Positions 48,301 through 53,992 of a stretch of 64,000 bases of DNA are shown here, one piece after another; the first letter of the stretch is position 1, and each line of letters begins with the position of its first letter. The stretch covers positions 8,322,591 to 8,386,590 of the forward strand of contig NC_061776.1 of the NCBI RefSeq assembly GCF_022458985.1, written 5' to 3'. The position numbers and the translations under genes are program-made. A model generated the notes under the pieces. It was not told where the DNA came from. It did not search any database and saw only the letters and a program-made list of their open reading frames with translations. This DNA comes from Mugil cephalus. Taxonomy: Eukaryota.

Positions 48301-49563
48301 GACAAAGTGTCTACTTATGAGGACACCAGGTCTGAATGAAGCAGAATAAGCTGCAACAAACCTAAAACGTACTGTCCCCATATGAGGACGCCGGGTCTCA
48401 GGAGGATAAGAAAGCAGCTGTATCAGGACAAAACATTATTTCCTCCATCAAGAAAACTTTGTTAGAGCTGTCAAATGTTTTGGCCGCATCTCTACAGGAA
48501 CAACAGTTAAACATAAAAAAATAAAATTTCCATACGTGAGAATGTGAAGTAAGCATGTTGGACATTTATACTTGATGGTTAATTTAAATATGTAAATCTT
48601 CTATTTAATTTAAATCTTTCTGCTGATGCTTTGTGTTCAGGCTCACACGGACAGGATCAGCGTCCTGAAACTCACCGACAGCACCATCGTCTCTGCCTCC
48701 TACGACCGGACGGTGAAGCTGTGGGACAGAAACACCAAGAAACAGGTACAATACAGACACACTTGGGGCTGTAAAAAGTTAATCCCGTCTTAAAAACGTC
48801 TTTTCTGCTCATTTTATGCTTTTTTTCACCTTTCTGTGCGTAGTTTGTAGGTTTTCCTCCCATCATCATCATCAAAAACATAGGTGTCAGTAGGACCATG
48901 AAACTGTGTTGTGTAAATGTGTAATGACAATAAAAGCACGTATTTTAAAGTTGTAGAAAGTTACTTTTTAAAGTAATCTAATCTTAAAACAAGCATTTAT
49001 GCTTATTTTAAGGCTTTTAAATACATCTTAAATACATTTCTAGATTTAACTATTTTAATTCAATAAATCTCGTCAAGTTCTGCAGCACGGACAGATTAAT
49101 CACTTGTTTTGAGTACCTTTTTCCTCAGATTTTCTGTTTTTACCTTGATTTTAGACTTGGAAGGCGCTCAAATATTTACAGGCAAGAGCATTTATAAATA
49201 ATCTCTATCTGTTGTCTGACTGTTTGACCCAGAGGATCATCAGAAACTAGTCACCAACAAAAGGACTGTACTTCTTTACAGTGACCTCCGTTACAGGAAG
49301 TCATTGGGAAACTACTAGTTTCAAAAGTTCTTTAAAGCAACAAACGTGACTCCATTTTTCTTCTGTTTTTATCATAAGAAAAAAAAAACTATTAGTAATT
49401 TGAATCTATTTCTAAATGACTGCTATCTTCTTCCTTTCCTCAGGTGGGTATGTTTGTTTGTGGAGGACCTGTCCTGATTTTGGAGGTGAACCCGGGAAAA
49501 CCCACTGAGCTGGTTTGCGGCGACGGACAGGGACAGATCTACTTCCTCTCCTGGAAAGAATAA
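14955..49563 (+). CDS. tep1: tep1 gene span (telomerase-associated / vault protein TEP1): 55 coding exons, about 2619 aa
   Basis: The exon chain has consistent AG/GT boundaries and an unbroken phase. Summed CDS is 7860 nt, close to human TEP1 at 2627 aa. It carries TROVE-domain motifs (LYTRQKLNIRITANF, FMAMLRNLRNV, RFLAAYKV), a NACHT P-loop GGPGEGKTVFM, more than 15 WD40 repeats (GH..WD units), and stop TAA at 49561-49563. Confidence 0.9.
15564..15761 (+). CDS. tep1: tep1 exon 2 (acidic)
   Basis: Acceptor ttgttgtcag, then QCSEEDDVLFEEELEE...EEELRDKK, donor AAG|GTACGA, phase 0. Confidence 0.6.
15878..16027 (+). CDS. tep1: tep1 exon 3
   Basis: Acceptor cctttag, then YHLLNIVCCSLVQKS...DSQFLLK, donor AAG|GTGTGT, 150 bp. 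Confidence 0.75.
16685..17075. repeat. Repeat family C, partial copy in tep1 intron 3
   Basis: Collinear with 7440-7860 (..ttgaaaacc.a.actctg.agtttctatcacaaaagtcagaatcactctgagtgg..). Confidence 0.8.
17241..17405 (+). CDS. tep1: tep1 exon 4 (TROVE)
   Basis: VALYTRQKLNIRITANFLLALAANLPTT...VRIYST, cgcgcag|...ACG|GTAAGC. Confidence 0.85.
17499..17627 (+). CDS. tep1: tep1 exon 5 (TROVE)
   Basis: CFSRSLPMCLKKAMADKFKQFSEYQLAKYNTRKHRCKHSRNKK, donor AAG|GTACAC. Confidence 0.85.
17806..17880 (+). CDS. tep1: tep1 exon 6
   Basis: KPVTNDQLATWANMIRSEKVVLKKF, ttccag|...TTT|GTAAGT. Confidence 0.85.
18380..18504 (+). CDS. tep1: tep1 exon 7
   Basis: LQPEKSKEVVDKKQSEFSVKKMIKRFHIKEPAEHVMAILGK, donor AA|GTAAGT, ends in phase 2. 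Confidence 0.8.
18781..19300. mobile_element. Foldback / MITE-like element in tep1 intron 7
   Basis: Inverted termini tctagagcagcggttctcaacc (18806-18827) and ggttgagaacccctggtctaga (19277-19298). It contains a roughly 100-bp internal direct duplication (18690-18785 vs 18878-18975). Confidence 0.5.
20532..20604. repeat. (TTTTC)n microsatellite
   Basis: About 14 pentamer units. Confidence 0.95.
21449..21606 (+). CDS. tep1: tep1 exon 8
   Basis: (K)YPADMKAFTRSGIKGAWDRDRAGQRMRLKEPQTWERLLSLEGNKAATWEKLI, tcctccag|...G|GTGCGT. Confidence 0.8.
21698..21807 (+). CDS. tep1: tep1 exon 9 (TROVE)
   Basis: DGKSLPFMAMLRNLRNVITTGVSEAHHRRILSRLTNQ, donor CAG|GTGCGA. Confidence 0.85.
21884..21962 (+). CDS. 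tep1: tep1 exon 10 (TROVE)
   Basis: KAVIQSRQFPLRFLAAYKVVMELHAV, donor G|GTGAGA. Confidence 0.85.
22471..22663 (+). CDS. tep1: tep1 exon 11
   Basis: ASASQQAMPKAKDILVDILKKVPKSKRYSFVEWENTSKSRTRLTLRVPFVCRLYHARKTQLLKA, donor AA|GTACGA. The ORF reads through, so the exact 3' end is inferred from phase. Confidence 0.65.
22757..23420. repeat. Repeat family B, copy 2 (opposite orientation) in tep1 intron 11
   Basis: It starts gtcactgccccctgaggccacgcccccctgagtggcaaaaacatggtgaaatgtatcag and is near-identical over its length to 62950-63800. Confidence 0.85.
23569..23848 (+). CDS. tep1: tep1 exon 12
   Basis: (N)QKLFTVALLDRYRQALETAVQISCRYNVPPLPGRTVLLIPVNTYYDDTWDQKFDF...KKNQDDKLTPT, donor ACT|GTAAGT. Confidence 0.8.
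23931..24083 (+). CDS. tep1: tep1 exon 13
   Basis: KKEVAALLSLMIRSSAEDCQLFLTNDNNCEEVVLKSDVLLENVRSVIKQME, atcgcag|...GAG|GTCGGG. Confidence 0.75.
24236..24304 (+). CDS. tep1: tep1 exon 14
   Basis: AFCEQSDEDNCNDLAKILTKKNK, ctctttcacag|...AAG|GTTAGT. Confidence 0.8.
24564..24679 (+). CDS. tep1: tep1 exon 15
   Basis: VNNIISVSCNWFPSEWIVKSYRNKINTKALEVQIFLEE, donor AG|GTAATA. Confidence 0.8.
24781..24846 (+). CDS. tep1: tep1 exon 16
   Basis: (S)DHDDNRDRNCVQLTGFSEQLL, atcattacag|...AG|GTAAAA. Confidence 0.75.
25032..25175 (+). CDS. tep1: tep1 exon 17
   Basis: (R)FVAERGSSRLLEHVENMDKLYSIPPPEGAKGSRSTNNVVSIPASPKL, donor AG|GTGATT. Confidence 0.75.
25325..25616 (+). CDS. tep1: tep1 exon 18 (NACHT-associated domain, very GC-rich)
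   Basis: (R)[50 protein letters not shown]...GERYGQVPPRPVLPDLPQHSW, donor TGG|GTAAGA. Human TEP1 has ..LGERYGYIPP.. here. Confidence 0.85.
26005..26232. mobile_element. Tc1-derived MITE-like element (family A), truncated copy
   Basis: Terminus caatcagccacaacattaaaaccactgacagg, plus an internal transposase-tail relic ..gttgacctgtcctccaaattcactagatgccaaactgattaagtatctgtgggatgat.. (compare Tc1 WPSQSPDLNPIENLW). Confidence 0.7.
26342..26463 (+). CDS. tep1: tep1 exon 19
   Basis: LASAPDGLSITEMEISQFQALYPDTADQRMFFYFRDPNIT, tctatgtgcag|...AA|GTACGC. Confidence 0.8.
26623..26736 (+). CDS. tep1: tep1 exon 20
   Basis: (K)SVPVAWRSHFASESKDAEFKMNSLKRRLLDSDVKVTE, donor AA|GTGAGT. Confidence 0.8.
27520..28305. 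repeat. Minisatellite in tep1 intron 20, about 785 bp
   Basis: About 35-42-bp units, gttagttatatttaagttagattaagtatatttag, repeated about 20 times with variants. Confidence 0.9.
28574..28691 (+). CDS. tep1: tep1 exon 21
   Basis: (N)YSCEWGGVVEGKPHLKNLEGFSRAVLEDVWAAVVKLFVE, tgtcgtag|...GAA|GTGAGG. Confidence 0.8.
28775..28963 (+). CDS. tep1: tep1 exon 22 (NACHT Walker A)
   Basis: EDGEAEAASEATEQEVHQEALQRQFFGRSKLLSGAVEMVEQTQLKGGMMVVEGGPGEGKTVFM, P-loop GxxGxGKT, donor ATG|GTAAAT. Confidence 0.9.
28990..29400. mobile_element. Family A MITE-like element, copy truncated at the 3' end
   Basis: Terminus gatcagccacaacattaagaccactaacagg. An internal ORF encodes VLTWPPDSLDPKLINYLWGDPQRPLP. Confidence 0.75.
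29605..29792 (+). CDS. tep1: tep1 exon 23 (NACHT)
   Basis: AALADALRTGHKSRKKLTCDVLCYSTSASQPARSVENLLRCLVLWLRNTSDEHEDSPLPRSY, donor AA|GTGAGC. Confidence 0.8.
29871..30012 (+). CDS. tep1: tep1 exon 24 (NACHT, Walker B-like LLVDGAD)
   Basis: (K)DLLSEFHSTLSGVKKNKPLALLVDGADLVWDGRGQLCSDWIPQLLPQ, donor CAG|GTCAGT. Confidence 0.85.
30387..30566 (+). CDS. tep1: tep1 exon 25
   Basis: GVCLVLSLTSKAALLQTLTKKKGAVLFALGQLTMPDRKEIVQKELDTFGKKLSDSAFNNQ, donor CAG|GTTCTT. Confidence 0.8.
30678..30770 (+). CDS. tep1: tep1 exon 26
   Basis: LQTLITKKGAVSPLYLHLACEDLRNFASFDK, ttctccag|...AAG|GTCCGA. Confidence 0.8.
30876..31011 (+). CDS. tep1: tep1 exon 27
   Basis: LKENLEGLPQTLSQLVQHSLQRLCWQHKDMLGLRWALAALTVSTS, donor G|GTATGA. 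Confidence 0.8.
31243..31716. mobile_element. Family A MITE-like element, complete with TIRs
   Basis: Left TIR tcagccacaacattatgaccacc (31247-) and right TIR ggtggtcataatgttatggctgatcgg (-31716) are reverse complements. Length is about 470 bp, in tep1 intron 27. Confidence 0.85.
31956..32115 (+). CDS. tep1: tep1 exon 28
   Basis: (G)LKERDLYSLLNTCNDLSSGGGRPTWQEALHLCRTPRGRAPMATFTRVVQSVH, donor AG|GTACGA. Confidence 0.8.
32229..32362 (+). CDS. tep1: tep1 exon 29
   Basis: (S)LIGPSHCHETDDLLTLTIPEVKQAFEDFLLPTEGDRTRAHLVLA, donor G|GTAAAA. Confidence 0.8.
33137..33225 (+). CDS. tep1: tep1 exon 30
   Basis: (A)HLWALADPLGRDTFLHCEANSVLQLPSSL, ttccacag|...CTG|GTTAGG. Confidence 0.75.
33513..33627 (+). 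CDS. tep1: tep1 exon 31
   Basis: IQSGQLEALHSLLSSYYFLYANVRHGLLHQLLETYRLY, gtctggtcag|...G|GTGAGT. Confidence 0.7.
33804..33830 (+). CDS. tep1: tep1 predicted 27-bp micro-exon
   Basis: tttttttttgcag|ATAACGAGCAAACGCCATCCTCCTCGT|GTAAGA encodes (D)NEQTPSSS. It has a very strong acceptor and donor and is frame-neutral, so phase cannot confirm its inclusion. Confidence 0.4.
33916..34177 (+). CDS. tep1: tep1 exon 33
   Basis: (F)GLQGRLEDCRSFLRRHASTLSSWPALFVQQALGEPPEATAHTWAQGLVGKGGVRVVECLNNRNGPCQEETG...SEQIQ. The 3' end is a weak donor GG|GTGGGA, chosen because it is the only site giving the phase 2 required by exon 34. Confidence 0.5.
34255..34470. repeat. Repeat family C, partial copy
   Basis: Homologous to 7860-8165 and 61030-61460 (..ttcattcaata.taag....ttactgaaatatgttggattcatgttaatgtg..). 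Confidence 0.75.
34644..34764 (+). CDS. tep1: tep1 exon 34 (start of WD40 region)
   Basis: (G)ELVSTFPSEPTCLVVSSDEDLMVVGTGHGTLHFINTCTGQ, tctcctcag|...CAG|GTTTGG. Confidence 0.8.
34800..35185. repeat. Repeat family B, copy 3 (partial)
   Basis: Collinear with 9880-10320, including ..cagtaaagct.ttagcgttagcatcttttatttagctacatttatcataa.. and the terminal gtttttgccactcagggggcgtggcc. Confidence 0.8.
35440..35564 (+). CDS. tep1: tep1 exon 35 (WD40)
   Basis: EVQSLVSMSDGISSCVLLKDKCLATTSFDGRIELWDTEHGC, donor AG|GTGAGA. Confidence 0.8.
35664..35763 (+). CDS. tep1: tep1 exon 36 (WD40)
   Basis: (R)TTHIDGHTNAITASDTTVDKKHLVTVSLDFMLK, donor AAA|GTGAGT. Confidence 0.8.
36771..36926 (+). CDS. tep1: tep1 exon 37 (WD40)
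   Basis: VWSSTKGKEVASLLSTSPMNCVTFHPDGHLLAAGCWDGDVVLWNWLQNKTQT, tgtttctcag|...ACA|GTGAGT. Confidence 0.85.
37110..37322 (+). CDS. tep1: tep1 exon 38 (WD40)
   Basis: FMRGHQRSVRSLAFSPSSSMLCSGSVSGEVRVWSVPTSTCVGCFQAHCGAAEELAFLEDGATLLSGGSDHT, donor ACG|GTGAGA. Confidence 0.85.
37445..37501 (+). CDS. tep1: tep1 exon 39
   Basis: LHLWSGGLGRSVIALKSDE, gaaacag|...GAA|GTAAGT. Confidence 0.75.
38587..38722 (+). CDS. tep1: tep1 exon 40
   Basis: CEEEPPQKKSKPVTPVSAALCAAVTGDYAAVGYHGEGIKLFSLSS, gcgtttag|...G|GTGTGT. Confidence 0.75.
39334..39576 (+). CDS. tep1: tep1 exon 41 (WD40)
   Basis: (G)ETLWSSSSLDVSVPSLLWISSDAERSEPELLVSAGSDKRLRVWKRKEEEEGGLISVGTFGAQTGVILALAQNSTYLATAS, donor G|GTAAAT. Confidence 0.8.
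39656..39807 (+). CDS. tep1: tep1 exon 42 (WD40)
   Basis: (D)DFTIVLWLLSDLTRESAIDPHVVLRGHKGGVSCLDFSPDGAQLLSGGKDQ, donor CAG|GTACCT. Confidence 0.85.
40648..40755 (+). CDS. tep1: tep1 exon 43 (WD40)
   Basis: ALIVWDVSSSPAVLSKSLLHSHRDWITGCVWTPACV, gtgtttcag|...GTG|GTGAGA. Confidence 0.85.
40782..41280. mobile_element. Family A MITE-like element, complete with TIRs
   Basis: The ends are cgatcagccataacattatgaccgg and ggtggacataatgttatgccagatcaatg. It is internally collinear with 31243-31716 and lies in tep1 intron 43. Confidence 0.85.
41372..41476 (+). CDS. tep1: tep1 exon 44 (WD40)
   Basis: ISSSNDGRLCLWDLEAGKCLREISWRSPLTSVCCL, ctgctccag|...CTG|GTGAGA. Confidence 0.85.
41679..41710. repeat. (ATT)n/(GTT)n microsatellite
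   Basis: attattattattattattattatttgttgttgtt lies immediately upstream of the tep1 exon 45 acceptor. Confidence 0.9.
41716..41848 (+). CDS. tep1: tep1 exon 45 (WD40)
   Basis: GQYVMAGCSEGSLHVWNWETNDEICHIAAHVCQRIHHVSVLPNT, donor G|GTAGGA. Confidence 0.8.
41942..42027 (+). CDS. tep1: tep1 exon 46 (WD40)
   Basis: (G)EEKEVKPEEMTVVTASGDGTVQLWKPLQ, ttgttttacag|...CAG|GTCGGT. Confidence 0.8.
42113..42239 (+). CDS. tep1: tep1 exon 47 (WD40)
   Basis: VDHIRTFHGHSGAIRGVFCKDGASEFLTVSEDRSLRNWTSTK, donor G|GTAAAA. Confidence 0.85.
43447..43577 (+). CDS. tep1: tep1 exon 48 (WD40)
   Basis: (E)SQPDQKGSITSLCFSQSNDVLLAGYDSGLLELWQNNAAVGRKQ, tctctgcgcag|...CAG|GTGGAG. Confidence 0.8.
43663..43787 (+). CDS. tep1: tep1 exon 49
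   Basis: ASDGAITAVCSMPDDQFAVANMKDPVVDVWKLVWNRQHSRA, donor AG|GTGAAT. Confidence 0.8.
45116..45256 (+). CDS. tep1: tep1 exon 50
   Basis: (S)LVKVTTHTVKHLVEQLMYLTTLIAVSNKRTIFSVTSKEDEWLHTVT, gttgcctccag|...AA|GTACCT. Confidence 0.75.
45280..45308. repeat. (GTT)n microsatellite
   Basis: About 9 units just 3' of the tep1 exon 50 donor. It explains the poly-Cys ORF. Confidence 0.95.
46373..46472 (+). CDS. tep1: tep1 exon 51
   Basis: (N)WQREVHIQDLIRNDEKSTWLVGEKNGNIHIGFF, cttgttttttag|...TTT|GTGAGT. Confidence 0.8.
47238..47346 (+). CDS. tep1: tep1 exon 52
   Basis: FTMGSNTRFHLAFGSIEMNRDEEKKGGLITAATVDK, tctcctttcag|...G|GTGCAG. Confidence 0.8.
47463..47545 (+). CDS. tep1: tep1 exon 53
   Basis: (D)FVVCGDVNGNMWFNEPPELTSWSNRKL, donor CTG|GTAAGA. 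Confidence 0.8.
48641..48745 (+). CDS. tep1: tep1 exon 54 (WD40)
   Basis: AHTDRISVLKLTDSTIVSASYDRTVKLWDRNTKKQ, tgtgttcag|...CAG|GTACAA. Confidence 0.85.
49444..49563 (+). CDS. tep1: tep1 last coding exon
   Basis: ttcctttcctcag|VGMFVCGGPVLILEVNPGKPTELVCGDGQGQIYFLSWKE, stop TAA at 49561-49563. Confidence 0.85.
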   Translation: MGMFVCGGPVLILEVNPGKPTELVCGDGQGQIYFLSWKE

Positions 49564-49827
49564 TTATAATCCTCTCAGAATATAGAAATTATACTTAATT
49601 GCTGCAGTGAAACTAAGTGAATGTGCAATATATGAATTTAAATAGTTAATTCAAATATTTACAGGAAAGAGTATCTGTATAATAATACTCTACTTTATGT
49701 TGACGTCTGTGTTTTTTGTTTTTTTAATGGTGTCGGTTTCGTTTGAGCTTAATTTATGAATCATTTAAGATAAGCTACACTCAGAATGGGAATATGAAAC
49801 AAAATAGGAATGTGCGTTTTGTTTTGA

Positions 49828-49833
49828 AATAAA
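49828..49833 (+). terminator. tep1: Candidate tep1 polyadenylation signal AATAAA (a second lies at 49945-49950)
   Basis: The first canonical hexamers downstream of the stop. The implied 3'UTR is about 270-390 nt. Confidence 0.4.
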
Positions 49834-50506
49834 TTGTGTTCACAGCATGACTTTATTTTATTTTTTTTTTATTATATCTTATATTTCTCATATTTAACAA
49901 GCATTTGCCATCACAGCTCTATTAATATAAACTGTAGGAGCTTTAATAAAAAAGAAGGAGCTAATCTGTTTTGGTCACTACTTAATGGACCATTGAGCAG
50001 TATAACATTGTAAACACACATCTAATCTAATGCTTTTACTGCTCTATTATCTGCACTGAAATAATTTTGCTGTTTACTAGTAGCCACATTATAGGGCTAT
50101 AAAAAATGATAAGTAAATGAAACATCAGCAACTACTTCCCCCTGATTTTCAATTAAACATATGTAAATGAACAGAAGCGTCAACCTTTATGAGACCATTG
50201 TAATTTCCTATAAATATTTAGTATATTTCAAAGCATCTCCTTCTTGATAAAATACATAAAGGTTTGTGGATATTGTGCTTTACGACAGGAAATTATGTTT
50301 GTGCCGAGTAAAAATGATAATCTAGGAAACTACATATCATCTTATTGCAAATGTGTGGTAAACACTTATGATCAAAGACATCATGAATATACAAGTTGTT
50401 TTGTTGTTTGTGCACATCATGATATGATATATGATACATTATCTGAGTGGTTGTCAGGCTAAAAAACAAGACTCCACTTTCTGTTGTAATTATGCTTTTA
50501 ATTCTA

Positions 50507-50870
50507 GCTTTTATTCACAAGTATATAAGTCGAGTCAAGATAATTCATAATAATTTAAGACGAATCAAGTCGAGTCAAGATAATTCATAATAATTTAAGA
50601 CGAATCAAGTCGAGTCAAGATAATTCAAGATCATTTAAGACAAGTCAAATCAAGCCAAGATGAGTTCAAGATCATTTAAGACGAGTCAAGTCGAGTCAAG
50701 ATCATTTAAGACGAATCAAGTCGAGTCAAGATAATTCATAATAATTTAAGACGAATCAAGTCGAGTCAAGATAATTCAAAAATAATTTAAGACGAGTCAA
50801 GTCGAGTCAAGATAATTCAATATCATTTAAGACAAGTCAAGTCGAGCCAAGATGAGTTCAAGATCATTTA
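50507..50870. repeat. Minisatellite, about 43-bp unit x about 8
   Basis: The unit taagacgaatcaagtcgagtcaagataattcataataattt repeats with variants in the tep1 3' flank. Confidence 0.9.
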
Positions 50871-50899
50871 ACAGGTTGGATAAATCGAGTCTAGTGCCA

Positions 50900-51431
50900 A
50901 ATATAATAGTAAGATAACTAAGATAAAACGAGATTAGACGTACGTTTATTAACCCCCAAATGATCGTCTATTGTTCTAAAAAAAAATAATAATAAATTAC
51001 AAATATACTAAATGGAAATAATTCGGACTTCTCCGAGCAGATCTTGAACGCAGCACAAGACTGATCTGATCAGCTCCCAGGTGAGTTAGCCACGCCCCTG
51101 GACCGCGGCGTACACAGGTAAGGGAAACAGAACTGGACCTACCAGTTTGTAAAAAGCAGGAGCTGCAGGAGTGTCCGCTTTAAGAAAATCCAGATCTGCT
51201 GTGGGAAGAGTCCAACCTCCTTTTTTTTTTTTTTTTTTTTCCAACAGAGGTGGAGATAGGAGCTTGAACTGCACAGTCCTGGCGAGTGAAAACAACCGAG
51301 AGTATCATCAACACAGGGAGGATTCAAACTCTCACCGAAGATTGGAACACTTATAACTACATTTATATTTATATACTATTAACGTCGGGATAATTTAACA
51401 TTAAACTAGCTACAGAGCAGCTGGCTCAATG
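50900..51431 (+). promoter_or_regulatory. Candidate promoter and first-exon region of the downstream micro-exon gene
   Basis: GC box ccacgcccc (51099-51107). Two copies of the donor-like GTGAGTTAGC are present, at cccag|GTGAGTTAGC (51081) and caATG|GTGAGTTAGC (51432). The second places an ATG (51429-51431) exactly at an exon end. Confidence 0.3.
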
Positions 51432-51544
51432 GTGAGTTAGCAATTTAAAAAAAAAAAAAAAAAAGCCGGCTGCAATGGCGAATGTGTTTTGAAATAGACG
51501 CGAAGTTAGAATTAACATACATTTATTAATTTATCTCTTGACAG

Positions 51545-51598
51545 GATCGGTACGATAACCTGGATTTGGATTTGGAATGTGAGGGAGGAGGTGTCTCT
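51545..51598 (+). CDS. Candidate exon 2 of the micro-exon gene
   Basis: tctcttgacag|GAT...TCT|GTGAGT, 54 bp, phase 0-0, encodes DRYDNLDLDLECEGGGVS. Joining it to the ATG-terminated exon gives M-DRYDNL... No homology support. Confidence 0.3.
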
Positions 51599-52647
51599 GT
51601 GAGTAACTTTACCAACTTTAACGCTTTGAGAGTTTGTTGTGAACCGGACCTTATCTCATGCTGTGCAGCTGAAACCTACTATAATGTAATTAAATGTACA
51701 GTGTGGTGCACATGTTCGTGGAGAAGTTTCACCTTTGTTGCCATTGTAGCGCAATGGAGTTGACTTTAACGTGAAGCAGTGACATTCAGCTTTAGTGAAC
51801 ACGGCCGGATAAATTTTCTAGGTTGCTCCGGGGTTAAAATGCGTCTAAGGGGCCCCTCAAACCCCCCCACAGCAAATTACATTTATATGATTAAATTATA
51901 AGACGTAATTTATTTATTACGAAGCTTATGAAGATACAGTACCTTCCAGATTCTGTACACACTTTAAACTCTCTGCTAAAAACATTTAACAATTCGTCTA
52001 TTTCTGGCACAATGCTGCCTTTAATAGGAACCGGTGAACTTGTGGTTACATCACTGGGCTTGGACACCGCTCGTAAACTCTTTTGTCGAGCATTACGAGG
52101 CTGTTTAATGCCAGCGTGTTTACCTCATTCACCTGTAAATTCCACACGAACTCCAACGTCTTGTGGTATTCTCAACCTTGTAACTGGAAAATTTCAGCAA
52201 GGTCCTAGTTAATGTTTTCAGGAATAGCAAAGATGAGTGGAAAGTTGTAAGATATGTGTGGTATAGAATGGTCTTCGGTACTAAACAAGGGCCCCCAACA
52301 AGATGCAATGCACAAAATTAATTATTAAACAGATACTTATGCTACCTTTGCCTCTTAACGCAAAAAAAAATGTAGTATTAATTTATTATTAACTCCTTTT
52401 ATGTAATATTTTAACGTGAAAATAAATTTCAAGTTTCAAGTCCGGTCGCTGAAACCAGATCCAGGTCATGGAATTCCAACATGAAGCCGGACTTTGAGTT
52501 GTGAACTAGAAAATACTCTGTTGCATCCTTAAAATTAAATAACTTTGTTGTTATAGAGGAGCATCTTTTTTTCCTCTTCAGTCCAGTAGTATGTGTTTGA
52601 GATGCATATTGGTTCCAATAAAATGTCTGTCTTCATTCCTCAAACAG

Positions 52648-52719
52648 CAAAAAGCAGCAATATTCGGCGGGATGTTCAAGAGATCATCCAAGGTTGTAGA
52701 ACCATCCGTCCAAGCACAG
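52648..52719 (+). CDS. Micro-exon A (basic GGMF class)
   Basis: caaacag|...CAG|GTGACA, 72 bp, QKAAIFGGMFKRSSKVVEPSVQAQ. Confidence 0.6.
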
Positions 52720-52915
52720 GTGACATTGTGGTTTTAATATGAGAACTTTCTTAATTTTTAAGCTAAAAATGAGCAGCTAGAGTTAATAGAATCTCATCGA
52801 CTGTCCTCTGTTTCTTTTGCTTTCGATACAACCATGCACCGTTCAGCAACAATGGATTTACAGCTCTGGATTCTGCATATATTCACAGAGACGTTTTTAT
52901 GTTTATGTTTTACAG

Positions 52916-52984
52916 GACAGTTTATCAGTCAGCAGTGAACTTTCAAAGAGCGACGACAGTCTGACTGACAACAACAACACCAAG
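52916..52984 (+). CDS. Micro-exon B (acidic Ser class)
   Basis: gttttacag|...AAG|GTGAGA, 69 bp, DSLSVSSELSKSDDSLTDNNNTK. Confidence 0.65.
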
Positions 52985-53099
52985 GTGAGACATTATTTCT
53001 GAGGGTTTTTTTTTAACCATTTCTGATGAAGTGGGAAAATATCGTCACAACAAATCTGTGTTTTCTGCATCTTGACTGACACGTTTCTTGATATTTCAG

Positions 53100-53168
53100 G
53101 ACAAAGGAGGAGTCTTCAAAGGGATGTTTAAGAAGACGTCCAAATCTGCCAAAGAGGGTCAACCACAG
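53100..53168 (+). CDS. Micro-exon C (basic GMF class)
   Basis: atatttcag|...CAG|GTTTGT, 69 bp, DKGGVFKGMFKKTSKSAKEGQPQ. Confidence 0.65.
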
Positions 53169-53360
53169 GTTTGTAACGACGTCTCAAATTTACAGTCCTT
53201 TTAATTAATACATGTATTCGAGTTGCTGCTATCAACTCATTATACGTAGCAGATTATGATCTCTGCCTACAAAAGTTAGAAATACAAGCCAAGACAAAAG
53301 TAAACTAAAGCAACTTGAGGTCGAAGCTCTAAAAATCTCCCCCGGGTCACCCGTTAAACA

Positions 53361-53540
53361 TGTCTGACAAGTCCGCATCTTTTCAAACAGGATCCAGTAC
53401 ACAAAGTTTTGATGTGAGTAAAAATATTTTGGCGGTTCCGGCATTTCGAGAGCCAGAAGTTGATTTATATTTAAGAGCTTTTGAACAAATAATCTCAGCA
53501 CTCGACTGGCCAAGAGACATGTGGCCTGTTATTCGCTGAG
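53361..53540 (+). mobile_element. Possible retroelement Gag-like ORF fragment (intronic)
   Basis: A 59-codon ORF MSDKSASFQTGSSTQSFDVSKNILAVPAFREPEVDLYLRAFEQIISALDWPRDMWPVIR*. The ..P.F...VD.YL.AFE.I....W....W.. pattern resembles N-terminal Gag-like domains of LTR-retroelement-derived genes. No other retroelement parts were seen. Confidence 0.25.
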
Positions 53541-53877
53541 CTGATGGGAATAATCCCAAGAGTGTGCCCTTTTTGTTAGAAGACAGTATGATGTGTTAAC
53601 CTCCTGAGACCCTGCATTCTCATATGGGGACATCAAGTTTTAGGTTTTACTGCAGCTTGTTCTGCTTCATTTAAACCTGTTGTCCTCGTCAGTGGACACT
53701 TTAGTGAACGCCATCTAGTGATAGCAAAGGGTCAATGCAGATTTATGTTGGACACGTCCTGTCTTCTGTTCTGTCCTTATTGTCAGTCTTTGCTTGTTTT
53801 GGAGTGCTTTCTTTTTATTTTGGCCATTTTTGTTCATCTACTTATTTGTTATTTTTTATTTATTTTATTTTTTTTAG

Positions 53878-53992
53878 CTAAAGTTAGCCATACCGCCGCT
53901 AGTTAGCCGTCCCGCCGCTAGCTAACGTTAGCCTCCCGCCGCTAGCTAACGTTAGCCATCCCGCCGCTAGCTAACGTTAGCCTCCCGTGAAA
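53878..53992. repeat. Minisatellite, 27-28-bp unit x 4, with palindromic core
   Basis: cccgccgctagctaacgttagcc(a/t)(t/c) repeats 4 times. The core gctagctaacgttagc is a near-perfect palindrome. Confidence 0.9.

Noticed and set aside
51928-52212. 94-aa plus-strand ORF between the candidate first exons and micro-exon A
   Set aside because: Composition unlike the rest of the gene. There are no splice sites that would join it in frame. It is probably a chance ORF.
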